64,000 nt of DNA. Origin: an uncultured Planctomycetota bacterium. GTDB lineage: Bacteria; Planctomycetota; Planctomycetia; Pirellulales; Lacipirellulaceae. Shown in pieces: positions 21,624-30,210 of this stretch (its first letter is position 1; each line of letters opens with the position of its first letter). A program made the position numbers and the translations under genes. Below the pieces are notes generated by a model. That model was not told the DNA's origin and ran no database searches. It saw nothing but the letters and a program-made list of their open reading frames with translations. Location of the stretch: contig CAVRBU010000004.1 in assembly GCA_963719315.1 (NCBI GenBank), positions 224,001 to 288,000 on the forward strand, written 5' to 3'.

Positions 21624-22793
21624 ATGAACATGCTGCCAATCTCGAGCACAACTGGCGTGCTGGCCGTACTCAGCGGCGTATGTGCATTCTTCTTCTGGCT
21701 CGAGAAGGCATCGGCCTGGCGACTCTTTCAATATCTGCCGCCGTTGATCTTCATTTATCTCGTGCCGATTATCTTGACGAATCGGCACGTGCTGCCGCCC
21801 AAGTCCAACGCCTACGACACGATCCAAAACCTGCTATTGCCGATGATGCTCGTGCTGTTGCTAGTCAACGTGAACGTGAGGGGCGCATTTCGTGTCATGG
21901 GGCGGGGCATCGGCGTGATGCTGTTCGGATCCCTGGGAGTGATGGTCGGCGCGCCCGTGGGTTTGCTGGCCGTTCGGCATTGGTTGGGGCCCGATGCATG
22001 GAAAGCGTACGGCAGCTTGTCTGGAAGTTGGATTGGCGGAACCGGCAATCTGGCCGCGGTGAGCAAGATGCTCGACACATCCGGCGCAGAAACTGGCTTG
22101 GCCGTGCTCGCAGATTCGGTGATTTACTCGCTCTGGCTCCCCATCTTGCTTCTCTCGAAGAGATACGCCGACGGGTTCGCCCGGTTTACGGGAGTCGAAG
22201 TCGAGCGGGTTGAACAGATGAACGTCGCTGCCCAGATGGAGCATCGCGAACGCCGCGCGCCGGAGATGCCCGACTACCTGTTTCTGATTTGCATCGCGCT
22301 CGTGTCGACCTGGTTTGCCGATTCGTTGGCAACCTGGTTGCCCGCCAAGGAACCGTTCCTAACCGTCTCCACTTGGCAGATTCTATTGGTTACGACGCTC
22401 GGCATCATGCTGTCGTTCACACCGATGCGGCACATACCCGGCAGCCAGGAATTAGGAATGGCGCTCGTATTCTTGTTTGTGGCGAAGATGGGCGCCACGG
22501 CCGATCTTTCGAGCGTCGCGGAACAGGCGCTCCCGTTCTTGGGCGGCGCGCTGATTATGATATCCATTCACGGCCTCTTCTGCCTGCTAGGGGCGAAACT
22601 GTTTCGCTCCGATATCCACACGGCAGCCATTGCCAGCGCGGCCAACGTCGGCGGGGCCGCTTCCGCCTCGATCGTGGCGTCTTACCACCAGCCCGCTTTG
22701 GTGCCCGCCGCAATTCTGATGGCACTCATCGGTTACGCAATTGGCAACTATTGCGGCTACCTGACGGCAATCGTTTGCCGGCTGGTGATGTAG
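21624..22793 (+). CDS. DUF819 family membrane protein (putative transporter)
   Basis: About 10-11 hydrophobic segments. GSWIGGTGNL, ASAANVGG and LIGYAIGNY motifs. Confidence 0.88.
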   Translation: MNMLPISSTTGVLAVLSGVCAFFFWLEKASAWRLFQYLPPLIFIYLVPIILTNRHVLPPKSNAYDTIQNLLLPMMLVLLLVNVNVRGAFRVMGRGIGVMLFGSLGVMVGAPVGLLAVRHWLGPDAWKAYGSLSGSWIGGTGNLAAVSKMLDTSGAETGLAVLADSVIYSLWLPILLLSKRYADGFARFTGVEVERVEQMNVAAQMEHRERRAPEMPDYLFLICIALVSTWFADSLATWLPAKEPFLTVSTWQILLVTTLGIMLSFTPMRHIPGSQELGMALVFLFVAKMGATADLSSVAEQALPFLGGALIMISIHGLFCLLGAKLFRSDIHTAAIASAANVGGAASASIVASYHQPALVPAAILMALIGYAIGNYCGYLTAIVCRLVM

Positions 22794-22818
22794 CGACGAA
22801 ACCAACGCGCTGTTGCGC

Positions 22819-23997
22819 CTAGTCCAACAGCCGCTTGGCGAATGCAAACGCCGCATGGCGGCCTGCATCGTAGTCTGGATCCTTGGGATTGAAGCTGCTG
22901 ATCCGTACGGTCGGCATCACGGCTTGAAGATAGCGGCCGTCGCCCAGGTAAATTGCGGTGTGGCGGATTTTGCCGTCGGCGCCCAGGAAATACAGCGTAT
23001 CGCCGCGGCGCATACCGGCGGTGTGCCAGCGCGTGGCCGTCAATTGGCCCAAGTAGAACTGTTGGTAGGCGTCGCGCGGCAGGTGCAAGCCGGCCGCGGC
23101 GTAGCTCATTTGCACTAGTCCCGAGCAGTCGATGCCCTCCGACGTGCGGCCGCCCCAGAAGTAAGGCGTGCCGATTAACCGCTTGCCTGTGGCGATGATC
23201 TCGTCGATCTCGACCTCGGGCGTCCCGCACACTTTGCAAGATGCAGCCGGCAGCTTCACCGTTTCGCCAGCCGGCAACGCGGCCGTCACGGTGTCGCCAT
23301 CCGTGCTGATCCATTTAAGCCGAGCCCCAGCCGGGATCGCAGGATGGCCGCTCTCGGCTTGATTCGCGGTAACAAGCACACGGGGGCCGCTGATGTAATT
23401 AGAGAAATCCACTTCCTCCGCGCGCATCACATCACTGCTGGGAACATAGGCCAGATATCCTTCGCCGCTGTGTGCGAGCAGATGTCCATTCTCTTCGCGC
23501 AGCAACAACAGCGGTTCGCCGATGAGGCAATCGTTTTCCTGCTTACAACGTCCGCTCGGTCGATCGAAGGCGTAGCTGTGCGATGCCTTTACGAGTCCAA
23601 ACCTCTCCTTACCAAGACCGCTGGCAGGCAAGGATTCCAAACGATCATCGACTTGGAAGCCCAATATTTTCAAAAACCCAATAAGGGCGACACGCGTCTC
23701 GGGAAATTCGACGAAGCCTTGCAATTCAACATCCATCTCACAACCAGACTTGGCCTTCACGTCGAAGGCACAAATACGGCTGTCGTTACCCAACTCGCGC
23801 GAAAAGAAGTTGATGTACTGCGGCAACCGCTCGGGGCGGCCCGCCAAATCAGGTTCGATCTTCGCTGCGATCCGCCGCAGATCACCTGGCTCGGCCGGTT
23901 CGGCGGTTGCAGGCGCGCTAATTTCGGCGGCGTGCCCGACAGCTATAACCACAAAGGGCAGGACAAGTGATACAAACGCGCGCCAGTTACGAATCAT
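22819..23997 (-). CDS. Exported NlpC/P60 (C40) peptidase with SH3-like domains, YkfC-like
   Basis: Signal peptide, GTPYFWGG, GIDCSGLV, LPRDAYQQ, GDTLYF and HTAIYLGDG. Confidence 0.9.
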   Translation of the reverse strand: MIRNWRAFVSLVLPFVVIAVGHAAEISAPATAEPAEPGDLRRIAAKIEPDLAGRPERLPQYINFFSRELGNDSRICAFDVKAKSGCEMDVELQGFVEFPETRVALIGFLKILGFQVDDRLESLPASGLGKERFGLVKASHSYAFDRPSGRCKQENDCLIGEPLLLLREENGHLLAHSGEGYLAYVPSSDVMRAEEVDFSNYISGPRVLVTANQAESGHPAIPAGARLKWISTDGDTVTAALPAGETVKLPAASCKVCGTPEVEIDEIIATGKRLIGTPYFWGGRTSEGIDCSGLVQMSYAAAGLHLPRDAYQQFYLGQLTATRWHTAGMRRGDTLYFLGADGKIRHTAIYLGDGRYLQAVMPTVRISSFNPKDPDYDAGRHAAFAFAKRLLD

Positions 23998-24202
23998 TGC
24001 TGCGTCTCAAGTGTTCTTAATTTACGTCAGGCGATGAAGCCTGAGCGGTGGTCGGTTTCCGCAAGCATTCATGCTAGAGAACCTGAAGTACGGCCCGCTC
24101 CGCGGATACGTCAATGTAACGTACGATTTGGTGAAATGTCATTAAATCAAGCACTCTGCCGGATCGCAAGTTGGCCATCGGCGCCAACGCGGCTGAAAAT
24201 GT

Positions 24203-24231
24203 TTGACCCCGCGCGCCACGCTTCCTATATT
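24203..24231 (+). promoter_or_regulatory. Sigma70-type promoter of the desaturase gene
   Basis: TTGACC-N17-TATATT, about 70 nt upstream of ATG 24301. Confidence 0.55.
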
Positions 24232-24300
24232 CGGGGTCCGCGGGATAGCCGGCTTACTAGGCGGTTGTCGCAAGTCATCCGAAGTGACACACAGGATTTT

Positions 24301-25335
24301 ATGTCAATCATTGAGACAGAAACGCGTGCCCGCCCCGTGCGTCGACCAGCGCCCGAACGCATTTCAGTCGATTATCATCTGCACGACGAATCGCACCAAT
24401 CCGTTGAACCCAGCGGCCGTTTGCTGCCGCGCCCGCAAATGGTCGATGGCAAGAGCCGGTTCATTTGGCCATACATTATCGGCATCGCGCTGTTTCATTT
24501 GCTGATTCCACTGGCGCTTCTCTCTTACGTCTTCAGTTGGTGGGGAGTGGTCTGGCTGCCGGTCGGGAATTACATTTTTTGTTCGATGGGGATCGGCGCC
24601 GGATACCATCGGCTGCTCACGCACCGCGGGTATAAATGCCCGTTGTGGTTCGAGCACCTGCTGGCAATATTGGGCGTGTGCAACTTGCAGGAGTCTCCCG
24701 CCCGATGGGTCGTCGTTCATCGGTTACATCATCAACACTCGGACCATAGGCCGGACCCGCACACACCGCAAGTAAGCTGGTTCTGGAGTCATGTCGGCTG
24801 GTTGTTCATCGAGAATCGCGAAACGACGAGCGCCGAAACGTATCACAAGTATGCCGGCGATATTCTCAGCGATCGGTTCTACATGGAGCTCGAACGTAAC
24901 TTGATGTACTTTTGGGTCTTCGTGATTCAAGCGGTGTTGTTTTTCGTCGGCGGTTTGGCGGTCGGATATTTGTTCAAGGGCGACTTTGCGGGTAGCTTGC
25001 AGGTGGGCGTGCAATGGCTGTTGTGGGGCGTCGTTTATCGCACCATCTTTACGTGGCAAGTAACGTGGGGCGTCAATTCGGCCGCCCATCTGTGGGGATA
25101 CCGCAACTACGACACACGCGAAAATAGCCGCAACAACTGGCTGATCGCGCTCGGTACGAACGGCGAGGGATGGCACAACAATCACCACGCCGACCCGCGT
25201 GCCGCTCAACACGGCCACCGTTGGTGGGAAATTGATATTACGTATCTCACCATTTGCCTATGGGAGCGGGTAGGCCTGGCATGGGATGTGCTGCGCCCCA
25301 ACCAATCGCTGCTCGAACGCCGCAAGAAGGCGTAG
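24301..25335 (+). CDS. Delta-9-type acyl-CoA/acyl-lipid fatty acid desaturase
   Basis: His boxes HRLLTH, HRLHH and HNNHH. VNSAAH and GEGWHNNHH. Confidence 0.93.
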   Translation: MSIIETETRARPVRRPAPERISVDYHLHDESHQSVEPSGRLLPRPQMVDGKSRFIWPYIIGIALFHLLIPLALLSYVFSWWGVVWLPVGNYIFCSMGIGAGYHRLLTHRGYKCPLWFEHLLAILGVCNLQESPARWVVVHRLHHQHSDHRPDPHTPQVSWFWSHVGWLFIENRETTSAETYHKYAGDILSDRFYMELERNLMYFWVFVIQAVLFFVGGLAVGYLFKGDFAGSLQVGVQWLLWGVVYRTIFTWQVTWGVNSAAHLWGYRNYDTRENSRNNWLIALGTNGEGWHNNHHADPRAAQHGHRWWEIDITYLTICLWERVGLAWDVLRPNQSLLERRKKA

Positions 25336-25375
25336 CAATCGCTCCTCTGGCACTTAGCATACACCAATGCATGGG

Positions 25376-25416
25376 GTGCCTGGGGTCGAGCCGCAGGCGA
25401 GCCCCCAGTGGAGCTG
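25376..25416. repeat. REP-like palindromic element
   Basis: GTGCCTGGGGTCGAGCCGCAGGCGAGCCCCCAG hairpin. 36/41 identical to the 3260..3300 copy. Lies between convergent genes. Confidence 0.75.
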
Positions 25417-25430
25417 CGAACGTGTGTTCT

Positions 25431-26564
25431 CTACGGCACCGCCTGAAACACGATACAAATCGGCGCCGGCGAATTCACGATCTTGTCGCTGAACACCAGC
25501 CCGCCAGCTTTCGGATCGACGCGAAATACGGCAATGGTGTTCGAATCGCGCCCGGCCGCGAGCAGCCACCTTCCGCCCGGATCGAGATTGACGCTTCGCG
25601 GGTGACTGCCGCGAATCGGCTCGCGTTCGATGAATGTCAGCCGACCGGTATCCGAATCAACCCGAAACGCCGAAACTGAATCGTGCCCGCGCGTCGAGGC
25701 ATATAGAAACTCGCCGGTCGGATGAATGCAGATTTCTGCCGCTGTGCTCAATACTTCGCGCATCTCTTCCGGCAGCGAATCGATCGTTTGAATGGGCGTC
25801 AAAGTGCCGGTAGAATCGTCGTAGTCAAATACCGTAACTGAAACGCCTAACTCATTGACCGCATACGCAAACCGACCGTTCGGATGAAACACAAAATGTC
25901 GCGGCCCACTGCCGGGCGGGCAACTACCGTGTCCGTGGGGCTTGAGCGTACCGGCAGCGAGGTCCATTGCGTAAATCACAATCTGGTCGCTACCCAAGTC
26001 CGGTACGAACAGATACTTATTGGCCGGGTCGGTGCCAACCCAATGCGGGTGCGGCCCTTCTTGTCGCTCGTGGTTCGGACCCGAGCCCGAGTGATGCACA
26101 AGTGCCGAGCGCGGCTGGATGCGGCCGCTCGCGTCGAGCGGAAACGCCGCCACAGTGCCGGTGCCGTACTGGGCAGTGAACAAGCAGCGGCCAGATCGAT
26201 CGGTCGCCAAGTGACAAGCTCCGCCATCGCCTATCGGTTCGCTGTTCACAAATCGAAGCGTGCGCATGTCGTCGGAAATTTCAAACGCCGCGACACCAGG
26301 ATTGCCGTCGGCCAGTTGGCAGGCAGCATAGAGCCGTTTACCGTTGGGATGAAGGGCCAAGAATTCCGGAGCACCTATTTCAGCCGCGAGTGTGGGCTTG
26401 CTGAGGGCGCCCGTTTCCGTATCCAGCGTGGCCCGGTAAATACCTTGACGCTCCCCGTGTGCCGGCGCGCTCATTCCGATCCAAACCGCCGTTTCTGCGG
26501 CGAATGATTCATTCCCAAACTGCAACACCAACAATAGCGCCAACGCGAGCGTGACAAAACGCAT
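25431..26564 (-). CDS. Exported lactonase, 6-phosphogluconolactonase (YbhE/Pgl) family
   Basis: RQEGPHPH, VPDLGSD, GSGPRH, VNEL, STRGHDS and HPR motifs, with a signal peptide. Confidence 0.9.
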   Translation of the reverse strand: MRFVTLALALLLVLQFGNESFAAETAVWIGMSAPAHGERQGIYRATLDTETGALSKPTLAAEIGAPEFLALHPNGKRLYAACQLADGNPGVAAFEISDDMRTLRFVNSEPIGDGGACHLATDRSGRCLFTAQYGTGTVAAFPLDASGRIQPRSALVHHSGSGPNHERQEGPHPHWVGTDPANKYLFVPDLGSDQIVIYAMDLAAGTLKPHGHGSCPPGSGPRHFVFHPNGRFAYAVNELGVSVTVFDYDDSTGTLTPIQTIDSLPEEMREVLSTAAEICIHPTGEFLYASTRGHDSVSAFRVDSDTGRLTFIEREPIRGSHPRSVNLDPGGRWLLAAGRDSNTIAVFRVDPKAGGLVFSDKIVNSPAPICIVFQAVP

Positions 26565-26686
26565 GATTATCTTCCTACTTGATTCAGACTCAAACCGCGC
26601 AACCGAACGTATAGCATAACGCGGATTGGCGAACTCTGCCGGCTACGTTCCTGTCCGAGCCGCCACTTTTCGGTACAATCCATGAA

Positions 26687-27730
26687 ATGACAATGACTGA
26701 ATCGATCCCTGAAAAAATGCGCACTGTGGTGCTCGAAGAGTACCACGCAGAGCTTGCCGAAGCGATCGGCGGGCTGAATGTGCAAAATCGCCCGACTCCG
26801 GCGCCGCGGCGCGGCCAGGTGCTCGTTCGCATCGAGGCGGCGACCTGCAATCCTTCGGACTTGCTTTTTTTGCAGGGCAAATACGGCACTTCGAAAACGC
26901 TGCCCACCGTTCCAGGTTGGGAAGGGGCCGGCACGGTCGTCGCGAGCGGCGGCGGATTGCACGCGCGGTGGCTCGTCGGCAAGCGCGTGGCATGTGCCCT
27001 GCAGCACGACCGCGACGGCACCTGGGCCGAGTATTTCGCCGCCAACGCGCGCGATTGCGTTCCGCTGAAGCCGGCCATGCCGATCGAGCAAGCCGCCGGC
27101 TTCATCATCAATCCGTTCACCGCTCTCGCGCTGTTGCATACTGCCCGCAGGGCAGGGCACGCCGCGGCTGTCCACACCGCGGGCGCGAGTCAGTTAGGCC
27201 GAATGATGCTTACCATCGCGGCTGACATGAACTTCCCGCTCATCCACATGGTCCGCCGCGACGCGCAAGCGGATTTGCTCAAATCGCGCGGCGCGAAATT
27301 TGTAATCAACACGTCGCGAGACGGTTTTGCCGAAGAGCTCAAAACGCTGTCGGCGGCGTTGCGGGCGACGGCCGCCTTCGAGGCCATCGCCGGCGATATG
27401 ACCGGCATCGTTCTGAACGCCATGCCCCCCGAATCGACCGTGTACCTTTACGGCGCACTCTCGGAAGCACCGTGCAGCGGCATCGATCCGATCGAGATCG
27501 TATTCCACAAAAAATCGCTCACCGGCTTTTTCTTAGGAAACTGGATGCGAAAACGCGGCCTTATCGGCGTTATCCGCGCTGCGGACAAGGTACAGCGGCT
27601 GTTCATCGATGGGAGGATTGAAACCACGATCCAGCGACGGATTAGTTTGGACGAAGTAGCTTACGGATTGCAGGAGTATGTCTCCAACATGACGGATGGA
27701 AAAGTGCTTATCCTGCCGCAACGGCCGTAG
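26687..27730 (+). CDS. MDR/zinc-binding dehydrogenase superfamily oxidoreductase (quinone/enoyl reductase-like)
   Basis: CNPSDL, PGWEGAGTVV, GTWAEY, INPFTA, AGASQLG and GKVLI. Confidence 0.88.
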   Translation: MTMTESIPEKMRTVVLEEYHAELAEAIGGLNVQNRPTPAPRRGQVLVRIEAATCNPSDLLFLQGKYGTSKTLPTVPGWEGAGTVVASGGGLHARWLVGKRVACALQHDRDGTWAEYFAANARDCVPLKPAMPIEQAAGFIINPFTALALLHTARRAGHAAAVHTAGASQLGRMMLTIAADMNFPLIHMVRRDAQADLLKSRGAKFVINTSRDGFAEELKTLSAALRATAAFEAIAGDMTGIVLNAMPPESTVYLYGALSEAPCSGIDPIEIVFHKKSLTGFFLGNWMRKRGLIGVIRAADKVQRLFIDGRIETTIQRRISLDEVAYGLQEYVSNMTDGKVLILPQRP

Positions 27731-27811
27731 CGGAATTCGCAAGAATACCGATTTCTGACAATGTCGATCTGAGGTCTTGCGACCTCAGCTTCAGCTTTGA
27801 AGAGTCCAGTT

Positions 27812-30078
27812 ATGACGAGCGACGCAATCGACGCAAACTCGCCATTGGCGCTGATCGCAACGGCGGCGGCCGGCACCGAGGCGGTTGTCAAACGCGAGCT
27901 CGTGGCACTCGGCTACACCGCTCGAACCGTAACGCCGGGACGCCTACTGTTTCGGGGTGACGCGTCTGCCGTCTGCCGAACCAATCTCTGGCTCCGCGCC
28001 GGCGAACGTGTGTTGATTCAGATCGGCACCTTCCCTGCAACCGATTTTGGCGCACTTTTCGATGGCACGGCCGCTTTCCCGTGGGAACAATGGCTCCCGC
28101 GCGATGCGGAGTTCCCCGTAAACGGCCGATCGCATCATTCGCTACTATCCAGCGTGCCGGCCTGCCAGAAAATCGTGAAAAAAGCGATCGTTGAGCGGCT
28201 ACGAAAGGCCTACCAAACCGAGACCTTACCGGAAACTGGTCCCCGATGCGCTGTTGAAATCAGCCTGCGCGACGACGTTGCATCGCTAACGCTCGATACG
28301 ACGGGCGTCGGCTTGCACAAGCGCGGCTATCGCCGACTGGTCGGCGAAGCCCAATTGCGCGAAACGCTGGCCTCCGTCTTGGTGCAGCTTAGTTATTGGC
28401 GCCCGGGCGCGTACTGGCTGATCCATTTTGCGGCACGGGGACGATTCCAATCGAAGCCGCCCTCATTGGCCGCAACATCGCGCCTGGCCTGTGCCGCGAT
28501 TTTGCCGCGGAGAATTGGCCGACGTTCGATGCAATTTTGTGGCAGCAAGCACGGCAGGAAGCAAGCGACCTCATTCGCCCGCCACTTGAAGAACGGTTGC
28601 TGGGCTACGACATCGATCCCGACGTGCTGAGCCTCGCCCGATATCACGCCGAACAAGCAGGCGTGGCCGAGGACATTCACTGGCAGCATCGCCCGTTCAG
28701 CGAATTGCGGGCCAAGGCTGAATACGGCTGCATCATTACCAACCCGCCCTATGGCGAACGGATGGGCGTTGATCCCGAGATCACGCAGCTCTATCGCACG
28801 TTTCCACTCGTGCTGCGGCGGCTGCCGACCTGGTCGCACTATATTTTGTCATCCCGGCCCGATCTGGAGGATCTTGTCGGGCAGCCGGCCGACCGCCGAC
28901 GAAAGCTCTACAACGGGCCGATTGAGTGTACTTATTACCAATTTCACGGACCTCGGCCGCCGCGGATCGGTGAACGTGCTATCCCTGAATCGCTGCCGGT
29001 TACAAGCAGCGACGAACTACAGGATGACGTCATCGCCACACACGATGTTGAACCGACGGAACTCCAATCGTTGCCCGCTCCGCCTCGAAGGCGAGTTACC
29101 GCAGCCCCGGCCTTCGGTGGGTTGCAATCAGCGGCAACGCGGCAGGCCGAGGAGTTCGCAAATCGCTTGCGCAACCGTGCGCGACACCTCCGCCGTTGGC
29201 CGAAACGCGAGATTACGTGCTATCGATTGTACGAGCGCGACGTGCCCGACGTGCCGTTGGTCGTAGATCGTTACGAAAACGCGCTGCACATTGCTGAATT
29301 CGCCCGGCCGCACGATCGGTCGGCGGCCCAACATGCGGATTGGCTCGATTTGATGGCCCGCACTGCTTCGCAAGTGCTCGAGATTCCGCGGAACTTGGTG
29401 TTCCTAAAGCATCGCGACCTCCAGCGCGGGGCGGAGCAGTATCAGCGAGTCGATGATCGTGCGGCCCGCTTTGTCGTCCACGAAGGCGGGTTGAAATTCA
29501 TCGTCAATTTGTCGGACTACGTGGACACCGGCCTGTTTCTCGATCACCGCCTCACGCGCCAAATGGTTCGCAACGCCGCGACGGACAAACGGTGTTTGAA
29601 TTTGTTTGGCTACACCGGTTCGTTCAGCGTGTACGCGGCCGCTGGCGGCGCGACAACGACGACCACCGTAGACAAGTCAGCGACCTACATCGATTGGGCC
29701 CGAGAAAACCTGAAGCTCAATGGGTTCACCGATCCTCCGCACCGCCTCATACGCAGCGACATTCGCGAGTTTCTTGAAACCCTGTCGCCACGCGATACGT
29801 GGGATTTGGCCGCGGTAGACCCGCCCACGTTTTCGAACACGAAGGGTTTTGAAGATGATTGGGACGTACAGCAGCACCACGGGCGCCTGCTGCAGCGGCT
29901 CGCCCCGCACATGGTCCCCGGCGGCATGGTGTTCTTCAGTACCAACTTCCGACGATTCAAGTTAATCGAGCCGGCGCTGAGCGACTACAAGATCCGCGAC
30001 GTCACGCGGCAAACGATTCCCGAGGATTTCCGCAATGAGCGAATTCACATGTGCTGGCAGCTTACGCGAAAGACCTAA
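27812..30078 (+). CDS. rlmKL: Bifunctional 23S rRNA methyltransferase RlmKL (1-nt frameshift near 28405)
   Basis: THUMP region, LHKRGYR, LRETLA, DPFCGTGTI, NPPYGER, YRLYERD, DYVDTGLFLDHR, LNLFGYTG and DPPTFSN across ORFs 27797..28630 and 28396..30078. Confidence 0.93.
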
Positions 30079-30083
30079 TAAGA

Positions 30084-30110
30084 GGTGACTGGGGTCGAGC
30101 CAAAGACGAG
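30084..30110. repeat. Partial REP-like copy
   Basis: GGTGACTGGGGTCGAGCCAAAGACGAG matches the consensus at 23/27 nt. Starts 5 nt after the rlmKL stop at a convergent junction. Confidence 0.6.
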
Positions 30111-30210
30111 TAGACGAGCGGCCACGATAACACGGCGAGAGAATTGTCCGGCAAATGTCTAAGCAACACGTCATTGGCAATCACGCCCCACGCTAAGAAA
30201 AGTGAGCCGC

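Noticed and set aside
24034..24300. Long N-terminal extensions in the ORF track (desaturase, WD40, DUF4922, GGDEF, IDH-like)
   Set aside because: Downstream ATGs have SD, promoter or gene-overlap support, and the extensions overlap neighbouring genes or regulatory DNA.
28396..28420. Programmed frameshift or natural split of rlmKL
   Set aside because: The break falls inside the first methyltransferase domain rather than at the RlmL/RlmK boundary, there is no slippery heptamer, and it resembles the other indels.
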